NCBI GenBank assembly: GCA_002104905.1
Contig: MCFE01000101.1
Location: 1-64,000 of the forward strand
DNA from: Basidiobolus meristosporus CBS 931.73
Lineage: Eukaryota > Fungi > Basidiobolomycota
DNA: 64,000 nt
Direction of reading: 5' to 3'
Shown here: one piece after another, positions 53,101 through 64,000 of the stretch
Position numbering within the stretch: position 1 is the first letter of the stretch
How the letters are laid out: each line of letters starts with the position of its first letter
The notes under the pieces: generated by a model
What the model saw: the letters and a program-made list of their open reading frames with translations, nothing else
The model's database searches: none
Told to the model about the DNA's origin: nothing
Position numbers and translations under genes: made by a program

Positions 53101-54616
53101 AGTGAGCCTATACTTGGCCACAGAGTGTGAAACATAGATCTGCATCTTCATGCAAAGCAGCCCCTGTGTTTCACCTATGATGCAGGAGAAAATCCATTTT
53201 TTGATGTTTGTTTGTGGATCATTATTGTGCAGGATGTGGAAGAGCACTAAAGGATTGAAGATACACATCTGGTGCCCAATACCCATTGCACTCTGAATCT
53301 AGCTCCTGTGGCTTATAACATGTTGCAAAAATGCATGGCACTATCTGGGTCCACTGGTACTATCTGGTTAAGTTGTGGAACCAGAGCATTATAGCAATAA
53401 TACTTATTGAGTGGTGGATTTTAGTGGAGTTACTTGTTGAGTGTGGGGTTGGGCTTAATGTTAGTGTAGGGCATAGAGACTTGTATAAGTCAATACAATT
53501 GGCAATTGAGGTACAACTGAAGTTTCTATGAAAATTAATCAATTGGTACGCATGAAAAGTAAGAGAAACAGTTGAGTCAGGAAGTAAGGAGTGTGAAAAA
53601 GAGGCAATAGCCAATCAGTTCACACAAACATAGGAGGCAATAGAGTGTCTGCAATCAGAAAGTGAGCAAATTGGCAGGGAACCAATCAAAATTACTTATA
53701 AATTGTTGTGATGAAAAATTTTGACAAAGTTTTTTGTGAAATCTAGGGTGCAATTATTTTTCAACAGTCTCTGGAAAGTGTCCTGACAAGATCAGTACCT
53801 CTCAGTCACAGGACATCAGCTTTGTGATGGCCTTTTGATGGGATCATCTCAACTATTTCTCATAGGAAACCTATTAGACTTGTTCCATTGTACCATGCCA
53901 GGGCATGCGGCACAATCCGTGGTTGTAAAGAACAATCGGGTGCAATATTATAGCTACCAGAAGGAGGATTGTTCTTGGACAATTTTGCACTATACGGGAC
54001 AATCTTGCACACTATGGCACAATCTGACATGATGAGGTTGGAATGGATGATCGCGCCAACTCGTAATGTTAGCATCACGTGCGCAATTGGATACTGCCAT
54101 TATGGCAGGTAAAATCCGGTATTTGGATATGTTTCTTTAATGTAAATGGAAATAAATGTGTATCACACTATAAACTACACTAATACTTACCATTTTGGTT
54201 ACCCTCACTCCAATTGGACGGTATCTCAGTGGTTAATTGGTCCAAAAGTATCCTGAAGCTGGCAGCCCCCAATTGGCTCATTGACTACTAAAAAAGCTAC
54301 CTGATTTGCCATCAAATATCCCATTTTGCTCATTGAGCAAGTAAATCCCTGATCCTAGTGATTGGACAGGTGTCATAGCCAGCACGCAAGCAATTGTGTA
54401 GGTGCAAAACAGATCCAATAGCTGCACTGGTATTACAGATGACATATATATATGCAGGGTGTTTTTTTATAGGGGTTCTGTCTCAAATGTGAGACAACCT
54501 TGATATTACTTATATCAAAAATTTGATGATCGCTGATTTGTGATGGCTTGATTTGGATCGCAAAAAAAAAGGGTTGTCGGGATCATTACAAATGTGAGCG
54601 ATTCGAAGCAATTGCA

Positions 54617-55774
54617 TCATCTTCTCCCAGGTTTTTTTCTCACAGGGATTACTACTGAAGCATTTGGTAGTGACTCACTTTGCACACCTATACTACTTCC
54701 TGGCTGACTATCATCTTGGCTACTTGTGTATTTGTAGTCAGTATTTTGCCTCCTAGTTGATGAGTGTGATGCTACAGCTTGGCCGCGCTGAATTGCTCCA
54801 ACTGAACCAACTGAACCGGCCTGTAGTGCCACGCGCTGACGCGTTCTTTTACTTGCCAAGGGCTCCGGTGGTTGAGGCACTTCATGTTGGTCATCATCAG
54901 TCAGTTCACCAGAAGTAACTCGCTGATGGTCAGGCAAAATGGCACACGCAGGCGCGCCTTGACGCGTTGAGATGGCCCTTGGCTGAGTTCAATGTGATGC
55001 TGCAAGTTGACGTGAGTTGGTCCGCTCCAATGGACTTGTGTCTAAATGAGCAGTTTGGCAAGTTCTTGTAGTTTTGCTCTGAAGCGCGTGCGTTGACCCA
55101 ACGTGCGTTAACTCAATGCGGGGCGTTCTGGTAAAGGGTGTTGGCGTACTCTGGACTGACGTGCGCTGGTGTGCTGTGGTTGCAAGAGATGGTAGGGAAT
55201 CCAGCAAGGCATGCTGGCGCGATCTGGATGATGCTGCTCGCAGTCTGTATTCTTCCTCCTGAAGCTCACCATCTGATACCTCAAGGTATTCACTTACCCT
55301 CTGTCTGATACTTTGGAGCTGTTGCCTGGATGAGTCCTGTGTATATTGCTCTTGGAAGCCACTTAGCTCTACTAATATATCACGTAGTACATTAGTCATT
55401 TGAGGCAAAAACTCATTCAAAATCACTTTGGTTCCCAAAGTTGAGGCACAAACGGACGCGTCCGGCCCGTACTGTACAAATTGCGTGCAAAATTGCTCCC
55501 GCGCGGCTTCTTTGTCAAGTCCCCTCACTCTCAGCTCATTCTTGATTTCAATACTTGTCTTGTTATATATCTTTTTACATACATTGGCTGGCATCTTGAT
55601 GTAGAACTCATGCCACAGCTTTCTACTCAAATTCTTCCATCTTTGTTGACTCTCTGAGGTATCTAGTTCTGCTAGATTAATCAGTAGTGCCCAAATATCT
55701 GTATGAAGGCTCATTATAGACACTTGGGCCATACTAAAATCATTTGGCAACAGTAACAGTATATTGATGGTCAC
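54617..55774 (-). pseudogene. Orphan 386-codon ORF broken by a single in-frame TGA (54991-54989)
   Basis: Track ORFs 54989..55774 and 54617..54937 share one frame: ...AASH*TQPRAISTRQGAPACAILPDHQRV...RKKPGRR*. The start codon is uncertain. Confidence 0.6.
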
Positions 55775-55778
55775 TTGC

Positions 55779-56170
55779 TACTTCTATAATGGCACCTGGC
55801 TGCACAGGTCACCTTGCACAAACTGAGTCAGGAGAGTTTGCAATGCCCTAAGGCTCACCCCAGCTTTCTGAATATGGCATGCAGATTAATAGCTCTGAAA
55901 AAGCAGACTCACTGATGGATAGTGAGCCTATCTTCCCTGATAACAGTACCCTGAATGAGCCTGGCAAAATCCCATTTTGGAATGAAACAACACCTGTGGA
56001 AAAAGATGCTAAGGATACTTTATGGAGTCAAGCAAGCCCATTATTTAATATCTTTTGATTTTAGGCTGTTGTATAAACACCTCATCTTCACCCTCCCACT
56101 CTATGATAGATTTTTCTGTGGACTCTATCTTTGACCACTGCTGTTGTGCATTTGAAATAGCCATGAGCCA
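55779..56170 (-). repeat. Inverted fragments of the unclassified coding repeat family
   Basis: 55779-55882 matches the reverse complement of 51195-51295; 56046-56170 matches the reverse complement of 52270-52410. Confidence 0.7.
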
Positions 56171-56199
56171 CCAATTAAGCATTGCTCTTATCTACAATA

Positions 56200-57660
56200 C
56201 CATTTGTAGTTATCTTGACCTTGCAGATTCCTGTTTAGAAAGGCTCTATGGATGTCTATTTGACTTAGATCTGAATTGTGTACAGCTCCTAGGGCTACAA
56301 CTGTCCAATCAGACTTCAACTTGGCCACCAGATTAAAAGATTCCTTAAAGTCTATTCCCAGGGGCTGGGAACAGCTTTCAGCCACTAATCTAGCTTTGTA
56401 CTGATCAACAAAAGCACCTCAGCCTGTCTTGATATTAAAGACCCATCTACATCTAATTGGCTTTCTCTCATTTGGTGGGGTTACTAGTTCCAACATTTTT
56501 GCCTTGATCAGTGATCCTCCTGTATGGCTTGTTGCCACAAACTGGACTCTGCATTGCCTGTTCTGGACTCTGACTTTGGCAAATTAAGCTAGATAAGCTT
56601 CTTCATGGTGATTGAATGCCTGGCAACAAGGTACCAGGGGTGTTCCTTATTCTGATAGATCTCCTAGCTGTGATATTCTTGGATCTGGAACTGGTAGATA
56701 TCTGGCTATATTAGGTGTGTATCTTCTTCATCAGGGGTGATGACATCATCAGCCAAAGGTCAAAAATCTCAGTGGCTTTGTGATCTGAGTTCTCCTCAAA
56801 TATATTGTCCCTGCTCTTGATCAACTTGTGAGTTTTGCCATCACACACTCTACACCTGATGGTATCTTCACAATACCCAAGAATGCTCCCTTTTCTACTC
56901 TTTAGTTCTAACTTTGAGCATTTTTTGTCAGCAATGTAATAGAAATCATCACTGCTAAAGAACCTGAAGTGCTGGAAGTCTGGCTTTTGCCTCTGTATGC
57001 TTCAAAGTGTGTAAAATCAGGTAGTGCCCTTGTTTGGCATCTATTCTTGATATATGCTGCAGCAACAATAGGTTCAGCCCCAAATATGTGGACCTTCCCT
57101 GTGCTATTTGGCACATATCTTCCCTCTGCCACTATTGCAATATTTGCATGTTCTGCTACTCTGTTTTGCTATTGAGTATATGGGACAGTGGTGTGATGAA
57201 GCATACCGCTAGTTCAACAGAATTTGAAAGTTCCTAAGGGCAGTATTATCCTCTATTGCAACTTTGTAACACCTTCAATATACACCCAGTTAGTGTTTCT
57301 CCTATGTTTTTGAAGTGCCTGAATATCTCTAAAACCTCATCCTTTGTCTTTAGGAAGTACACCAATGCATATCTTGTCTTGTCACCAATAAGTGCCATAA
57401 AAAATCTCTCTACTACCAATGTCAGTATTCTCATGGACATCCAAGTGTGTCAATGCACAATAGCCAGTATTTTGGAGGTACTAATGCCTCCTGAGCTCCA
57501 GACATATTGCCTAGCTTATTTTCCATATGAGCATCTGTTACAGGTACTCAATTTGACTGGGACTTGGTATTTGAGGCCCAAAACATACTGACTATTCATC
57601 AATTAGCCTCTTTTCTGCTCTTCAATGTGTCCTAGCCTCCCATGACATGTCTTTCAGCTA
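56200..57660 (-). mobile_element. Old degenerate Ty1/copia remnant (integrase to RT start), distinct from family A
   Basis: RLGHI; TRYALVYFLKTKDEVLEIF; AAAYIKNRCQTRALPDFTHFEAY; SQPLGIDFKESFNLVAK...QIDIHRAFLN. Confidence 0.8.
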
Positions 57661-57829
57661 GTTTTACCGGTTTCAGCAATGTTAACATACTCAGGAACAA
57701 TAATTTGCATTGTAGCTTGTATGATTTGTGATTCCTGACTCCCAGGTCTAGTTTTTGTCCATTATCACTCAGAATTGAGCAGTTGAACTTGGTTCAAATT
57801 AATTTCAGTCCCTGAGTAGTTGCGTTGCC

Positions 57830-58943
57830 CACCAAGCTTAGACTCTTTGCTATCACAGGCTGACCATAATGCTTAGGTAGATGAGAATATAGCAAAAGCA
57901 GTACCTTCAGTTGAAGACTAGCAAGTGATCATGATAACATCAATACCAACCATATTAGCATGTTGTCAGCTGATACTAAAGCATTAATGAGGCAATTAGG
58001 TGCAGTGGCTCATAGAATAGATGCAATGACCAAGAGAGATCAGGAAATAGTCCAGAAACAGGATGAGTGAGTAATATGTGTAGAGCAATCAATATCCCAG
58101 GTAAAGAAAGCTGTATTATTGCTTCAAGGAAGGAACTTAAGTAACTCAATGTTACAGCTAAGAATTAAGCCACTTCCTAATGTATTAGCCAATGAGCCCC
58201 ATACAGTCCTTGAAGCATAGAAATAGTGCCCAAAGATAAATCCCACAGAAAAGCCTATCATAGCATGGGAGGGTGAAAATGTAGTGCTTATACTATAGCC
58301 TAAAAATCCAATGACAATGAAGATCTGTGAAACCAATGACTGCAATGATGAAGGGTGGGATGATATTCAAGAGGTTTTTAGAAGTTTAGAATGCAAAAAC
58401 CATAAGGCCAGCCCACAATGGCACCATTGGGAGCTCAAGGCCAAGCATAAAGTGCTAGACTTGTTCCATGTGCATAATTGCGGGTTCAAACAAGCAAACA
58501 GATTTTGGGTCTGCATTGGTATGCTTACAGAGTATTTCAATAATAGCAGAAACTATCCAAGGTGGCAGAGCAAGGGTGCAATGGCTAAAAACCAGCAGCT
58601 TCCCCTAGAGACCATCACAAGCAGGGCCAAAAGCTCCAAACAAGTGTCAAAGAGACATGTGGCTGGAAGAGTGCCAATAAGGGAAAAGCAGGCAAACACC
58701 AATGTATCACAGCTGCACTTATCAAGGAGAGAGCATAGTTCTACTCAAGAAACATCATGCTGCCATCAGAGTGTCAGCAAGGGACAATCATGCCAAAACA
58801 CATGCATCAGAGTGCATATATCAAGGAGAAAATGTTGTTCAATAGTGGAAGCACTGAGACAAAGTAGTAGTGAAAGACCTGGTAGTGAGAAAGGAATAGG
58901 CAAAGGGAAAAAAGTCTATCTAAGCCAGAGACAGGGAAGCATG
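57830..58943 (+). repeat. Unclassified decayed coding repeat, second long copy
   Basis: Colinear with 51930-52830; ORF 58311..58958 KICETNDCNDEGWDDIQEVFRSL...NRFWVCIGMLTEYFNNSRNY. Confidence 0.75.
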
Positions 58944-61900
58944 TGTTACAAGTCTTGATATAAGAGTTGTTGAGAATAGGGAGTTAAGCTAGTATTGTAT
59001 TCACTAAAACTTGAACTGATTTTTATTGAGGTTCCAGCAGCTCCTTAAATACATTTTCCAGATCAATTGCTGACTAATTTTATTTCCTAATGTAGGTTGT
59101 GACTGAATACACATTTGATTGCATCATCATCACCCAACAAGATCCTACTTAAAATATCTATTCCTATCTGATAAGGATCTGCTGATTCATTTGCTGACTA
59201 ATGATACTGATTTGATAGATAACACTGGTATACTGATAGGCTAAACATATAACTAATTGATTTGACTAAGAACTGATATAACTTAAACATTCAACCAGTA
59301 GATCATAACATTCTCCCCTACTAAAGTTGAAAGGATTCTCCTGAATCTCTTTTCTTGTGATACCAATATTTTAGTGGTTCAGTATTGTTGGCAAGTCTTG
59401 CAATCTTGAGTCTGTCTCTATGAGCTAGGTCTTCCCAGATATTCCCTAGTTTGTCACTAGTTGGTAAGTTGCAAATGCACATTCTCTGATCATCTCAAAA
59501 GGTCCCATATATTGTGGCTCACACTTCTTCCAAGTATTGTTTTGCAGCAATACATAGTTCCCAACTGTCAATCATTCTGGTGATATAGTCTTATCAAATC
59601 TCTGCTTCATCTTTTCTGCACTTTGAGATACTTTGGCCTGTGCCTCTTAATATCTATGTTCCAGCTGCTGGTGTCTACTTGACTGACTGAGTTCATCTTT
59701 GAAGGCATCTATAAGCTTTGGTTGTGTGAGATCTCCTGGAATCCTTGGTACACATCCGTACACTGAGTAAAATGGCAATTTTTGGGTGATGTTGTGTACT
59801 CTAGCTCTGCATGCAAAGTGAGCTTGGTCTATATACTCATCCCACTTATTGATAGCTCCATTTGCATACTTGGTCAGCATTTTTGCAAATAGCCCATTAA
59901 AATGCTCAGTGACTCCATTAGTTCTAGGGTGATATGCCAAGGTTTTCAAGTGTCTGGTGTGCTGCATTTCCAGGTAAGCTTCTAATATCTTTGCCATAAA
60001 GTTTGCTCCTCTATTGGATAGAATTTCTACAGGGCATCCAAGCTTCATATATATCTCATGGTAGATGAAACTTGCAACTTCTTGTTCACTGGCTACAGGT
60101 ACTGCTTTAGCCACTGGCTATTTGGAGGCATGGCCAATTGCTACTAGGATCCAATGGTTGCATTTCCTTGTAGTTGGCAGTCTTCCAATAAAGTCAATTC
60201 CCCATCTCTCAGGTGGTCTTACAGGCTCTAAGGAAAGAGCTTAGCAATTCTCTGTGGTAGGCCTTGGTTGATTTGGCAATTTGGTCATGTTTTCACTAGC
60301 TTCTCAATGTCTTGTTTCATTCTGGGCCACCATGCTCTGGCTTTCACAAGGCTGTAGGTTCCTTCAATTCCAAAATGTCCATATCCATTGTGTAGCTTAT
60401 GTATTAAATCCAGGCAAGCAATATAGGGGCAAAAGCCAATAAGGCTTCCATCAGCAATTTGGTAGAGTGTTTCATGCAGTACCATAAATTTGCTGGCTTC
60501 ATCCCAGATTATCTTCTTGATCTCTTCATCCACCTCATTAGGAGTGGCTTGATCCTCCAGGTACTCTGGTAGTAGGTTAGACCAATCTGATTCATGCACC
60601 AATTTGAGTTGTGCAGGTTGTTCTGATCTTGATAAGGCATCAGCAACTGTGTAATTCTTCCCAAGGCAGTAGACAATCTCCAAATCAAGTTGCTGAATGT
60701 ATTCACTCCATCCTGTCATTCCTCTGTAAAGTACCTCCTAAGTAAAAATATACATGAGGGAGGCATGATCAGTCTTCATGGTGCATTTGACTCCTTCAAT
60801 ATAGCATCTCCATGTCTTCAAGCAATGTATTATAGCAAGCATCTCCTTCTCATGCACTGGATAGTTTTGTTCTGCTGAGCTCAATTTCTTGGATTCAAAG
60901 GCAACTGGGTAGTTCTTTCCCTTGTGTTGTTGGCTAAACACTTCACCAATTGCATAATCTGAAACATCTGTGCACAGAGTAAACTCTTTTCTGAAGTCAG
61001 GTATTCGTAAGCTTGGCAGCTTAGCAAGCTCATTCTTGAGCATCTGAAAGGCAGTCTCATAAGCTATGTCCCACTTGTGGGAGTTGTCTTTCTTGAGGAT
61101 ATCAGTTAAAGGGACTGCAGTACTTGCAATGGACTTGACAAATCTCCAATAATATGAAACCGCCCTAAGGAATGATGTGAGTTCCAATATGCTACAGGGC
61201 TGCTTCATATTCTTGATAACTTCAACCTTCTGAGGGTCTAAGGTCACTCATGTGCTAGTCACTATGTGTTCCAGATATCCAATGTGTTCCTTGAAGAATT
61301 CACACTTGGCTAGCTTGCAATGTGGTTTGTTATCTCTTAGCTTCTTCAAGACCTCTCCAATGTGCATCATGTGATCCTCTTCTGTCTTGCTGTATATCAT
61401 GTCACCTCTTCAATGTGTACCAAATGATCCTCTTCTGTCTTGTTGCATAGCAATATGTCATCTATGTAGATTATCACAAACCTGTCTGAGTACTCCTGGA
61501 AGACAGTCTGCATCGAGGTCATGAATTTTGCAGGAGCATTGGAGAGGCCAAAACTCATGACTAAGTACTGGTAATGTCCATATCTGGTACTGAATGCTAT
61601 CTGAGGGATGTCTTGTGGCTTCACCCTAATCTGGTTGTATCCTGACATGAAGTCAATCTTGCTGAATATAGTGGCGCTATTGAGTTGGTCCAAAAGTTCA
61701 TCAATCCAAGTTATGGGGTACTTATTCTTCACAATAACTGAGTTGAGGGTGCTGCAATCAATGCACATCCTAAGTGTTCCATCCTTCATCTTCACAAAAA
61801 GTACTGGTGATCCCCAAGCTGACTTGCTGAGTCTGATATGACCTTGCTCCAGTAACTGATATATTGTCTCTTCATCTCTTCCAATTCCAATGGACTCATG

Positions 61901-63003
61901 CTGTAAGGTGTCTTACACACTGGAGGGCTATCTCCTGTGTCAATGGCATAATCCACATCTCTGACTGGTAGTAGGCTTACAAGTACATCTGGAAATACAT
62001 CTGAATATTCCTTCAAAAAAGTCTGGACCTTAAGGGGTACTGGAGTAGAGGAGTCCTCCTGTAATACTGCCATGAGGAACATCTGGGTGCCTTTTCTAAG
62101 TGCTCTACTGAGCTGTGCCTTACTATGTTCACTTGCTTCACACACATTGGAATTGACCAAGTCAAAATCCAGTCTGGCAGGTAATAGCTCATGGGTCTTG
62201 TTGTCCTTCTGGATCTGAGTAGCATTGGTTCTGCAATTGATTGATGGATTACAACAAAATAGCCAGGTTTTTCCAGGTACTATGTTGAACTTTCAGTTCC
62301 CAAATATGTAGGCCTGCAGGTCTTCTTCATAGAAATTGATCTTCATCCTTACTGGCTGAGTAATATAGTTGATTATGTGAGAATTCCCATCAGCTCTTGA
62401 GACTGAAGTTGAATTGGTGGGTTCAGAGTTGATTCCAGTTTTCAAAGCAAATTACTCACATGTACTCATGCAATGCTCCTGAGTCAATCATGATCTTGGC
62501 AGGCACTCCATTGATTACTCCATTTAAATATAATTGCTTTCCTGAGTTTGAGGTCATCTGGGTTAGGCATTCTTCTGTCATATAAACGGTGAGTTCTGAG
62601 TCTTCTTCAAGTTCATCCTCCATGTTACTATGCTCAAGGGCTTCAATATGGTTGAAGGTTCTTGATGGCTGGTGTCCATTTTGTCTCTGAGGGCAGTACT
62701 TTGCAATATGTCCCTGCTGGTGGCAATTGAAGCAAAGTCCTTTCTTCTTACATTCTTCTGAGGTAGGATTCTTCTGCATAGGGTCTATTTCTGTTGGCAC
62801 TGCTTCTGATTGTCTTCTTTCATAATAATTGTAGCCTCTTTGATCTGTCATTGTGGGCTTCCCAGCTCTAAGCATAGCTGAGTCATAGTCAATGGCAATC
62901 TTGATGGCTTCTTCAATAGTCTGGGGTCTTTAATAATTCACTTCCTTGCAAGTACTTTCTTTCAACCCATCAGTAAAGTGTTCCACTAGATCCAGGGGAC
63001 CCC
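58944..63003 (-). mobile_element. Degenerate Ty3/gypsy element E: gag knuckle, protease, RT, RNase H, integrase, PPT, 3' LTR 59310-58944; interrupted in gag by copia copy C
   Basis: CFNCHQQGHIAKYC; IMIDSGA; YIDD; TDHASL...ADALSR; GHFG; YHPRTNG; PPT AGGGGAGAA before a TGTTA...TAACA LTR; no chromodomain before the PPT. Confidence 0.9.
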
Positions 63004-64000
63004 TGTTGTAAAAATTCAAATTTCCACCTAAATACTCACCTAACTTAGTCACTTAGATCATCACCTTCAAATCCTAGAGAATACTGACTAAAATTCCTTG
63101 TTGGGAGTTACTTAGAATACTTTCACCAAAATACCAGGTACTCTGAACATGAAAATTCTCAAAGTTGTCCAAACAGCCCAAAACTTTGCACACATGTTCT
63201 TGGGACCTTTCTTACCTATTCTACATGTTTTTTATGCCATGATCAGGCAAAAATGTAAATACTACTTTTACATTCAATAAATCATTAAGTGAAAACCACA
63301 TAATCTACTTGTCCTCCCAATCACTTCCAATCTCTCCAAGACTCTTTCAACAGGTTATGAGCCCCAAGCTGTCACTCTCTGCAATGTCTACTACTGCTAT
63401 TACTGGAATTTTTCCCTCTGCTAAAAAGTTGGATGGATCTAACTACCAAGTGTGGAAGGTGAAGATGAAGATGCTGCTATAAGAAAGAGGCCTTTGGGAT
63501 ACTGTCTTGGGAGAAGAATGCCCCCCTAAAAATGTGGGAGAGGAAGCCTTAAAGTACTAGAAGAAATAATAAAGTGCCTTTAACTGCATTTGCCTTAATG
63601 TCAAGGACAAATTGCTAATTCAATGCTCAAGAGCAAAAACAGCAAAGAATGCCTGGAAGGCATTAGAAGACACCTACCAGTCATGTTCAGCTGCCAAGAA
63701 AATGTATCTGAGACAAAAACTCTCTACTACAAGGATTCTGCCAGGAGAAGAAATGAAAATCTAATTAACAGAATTGCCCTGCTGGTAGATGAGATGGAAT
63801 ATGTGGGCATACCAACTACCAATGAGGATGTGATAGTTACCATCCTGAATAGCCTGACAGACATGTTTCAGGGCTTTGTATCAGCCCTACAGTCCAGAAT
63901 TTAAGATTTGACCTTAAACTATGTATATGGAAGGCTCCTGGATGAAGAATTAAGAAAATCAAGCGCTAATAAGAAGAAGAAGAAAATGCTTTAATAAGCA
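63004..64000 (+). mobile_element. Copia family A, copy C (5' LTR 63004-63352, PBS, degenerate gag), runs off the window
   Basis: LTR homologous to copy A; PBS at 63353; gag ATG at 63384; inserted into gypsy E gag after ACCCC. Confidence 0.93.

Noticed and set aside
53130-53520. Tc1/IS630-like PKFHCELN/VWG motif remnants
   Set aside because: Matches are partial, in different frames and too degraded to support a call.
59330-59520. Chromodomain at the end of gypsy E integrase
   Set aside because: The reading frame reaches stops and the PPT without any chromodomain-like sequence.
39867-63482. Alternative genetic code (TAA/TAG read as Gln) to explain stops in TE ORFs
   Set aside because: Host genes terminate normally with TAA (VMA11, RPL35, UBP14), TAG (MRP20, SAC1) and TGA (laccase) and contain no internal stops.

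Overview
Eukaryotic, almost certainly fungal, genomic DNA. Short GT-AG introns and genes such as ERH and a DPP8/9-type peptidase point to an early-diverging, non-Dikarya fungus (inference). The window has two sharply different halves. Bases 1-38,100 are gene-dense and CpG-rich: a secreted-protein pseudogene, a multicopper oxidase, VMA11, G3BP/NXT3, UTP15, mitochondrial uL23, a small membrane protein, ERH, a sugar porter, a pepsin-like protease, DPP8/9, GFA1 (with one frameshift), RPL35, a SIM-RING STUbL, SAC1, UBP14, an LTE1-like RasGEF and a GPI-type Cys/Ser/Thr protein. Bases ~38,600-64,000 are a nested, strongly CpG-depleted retrotransposon block. It holds one Ty1/copia family (solo LTR, full-length young copy, truncated copy, copy running off the window, old inverted fragment) with a Ty5/copia-type half-tRNAiMet PBS, two different Ty3/gypsy elements, an older copia remnant and an unclassified multi-copy coding repeat family. 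The main leads are: an identical in-frame TAA at gag codon 33 in all three gag-bearing copia copies; a CpG-retaining island with a near-intact 386-codon orphan ORF inside the CpG desert; a CGA-TGA-C frameshift in GFA1; and a fungal ERH. All counts and alignments were done by eye; no database searches were run.
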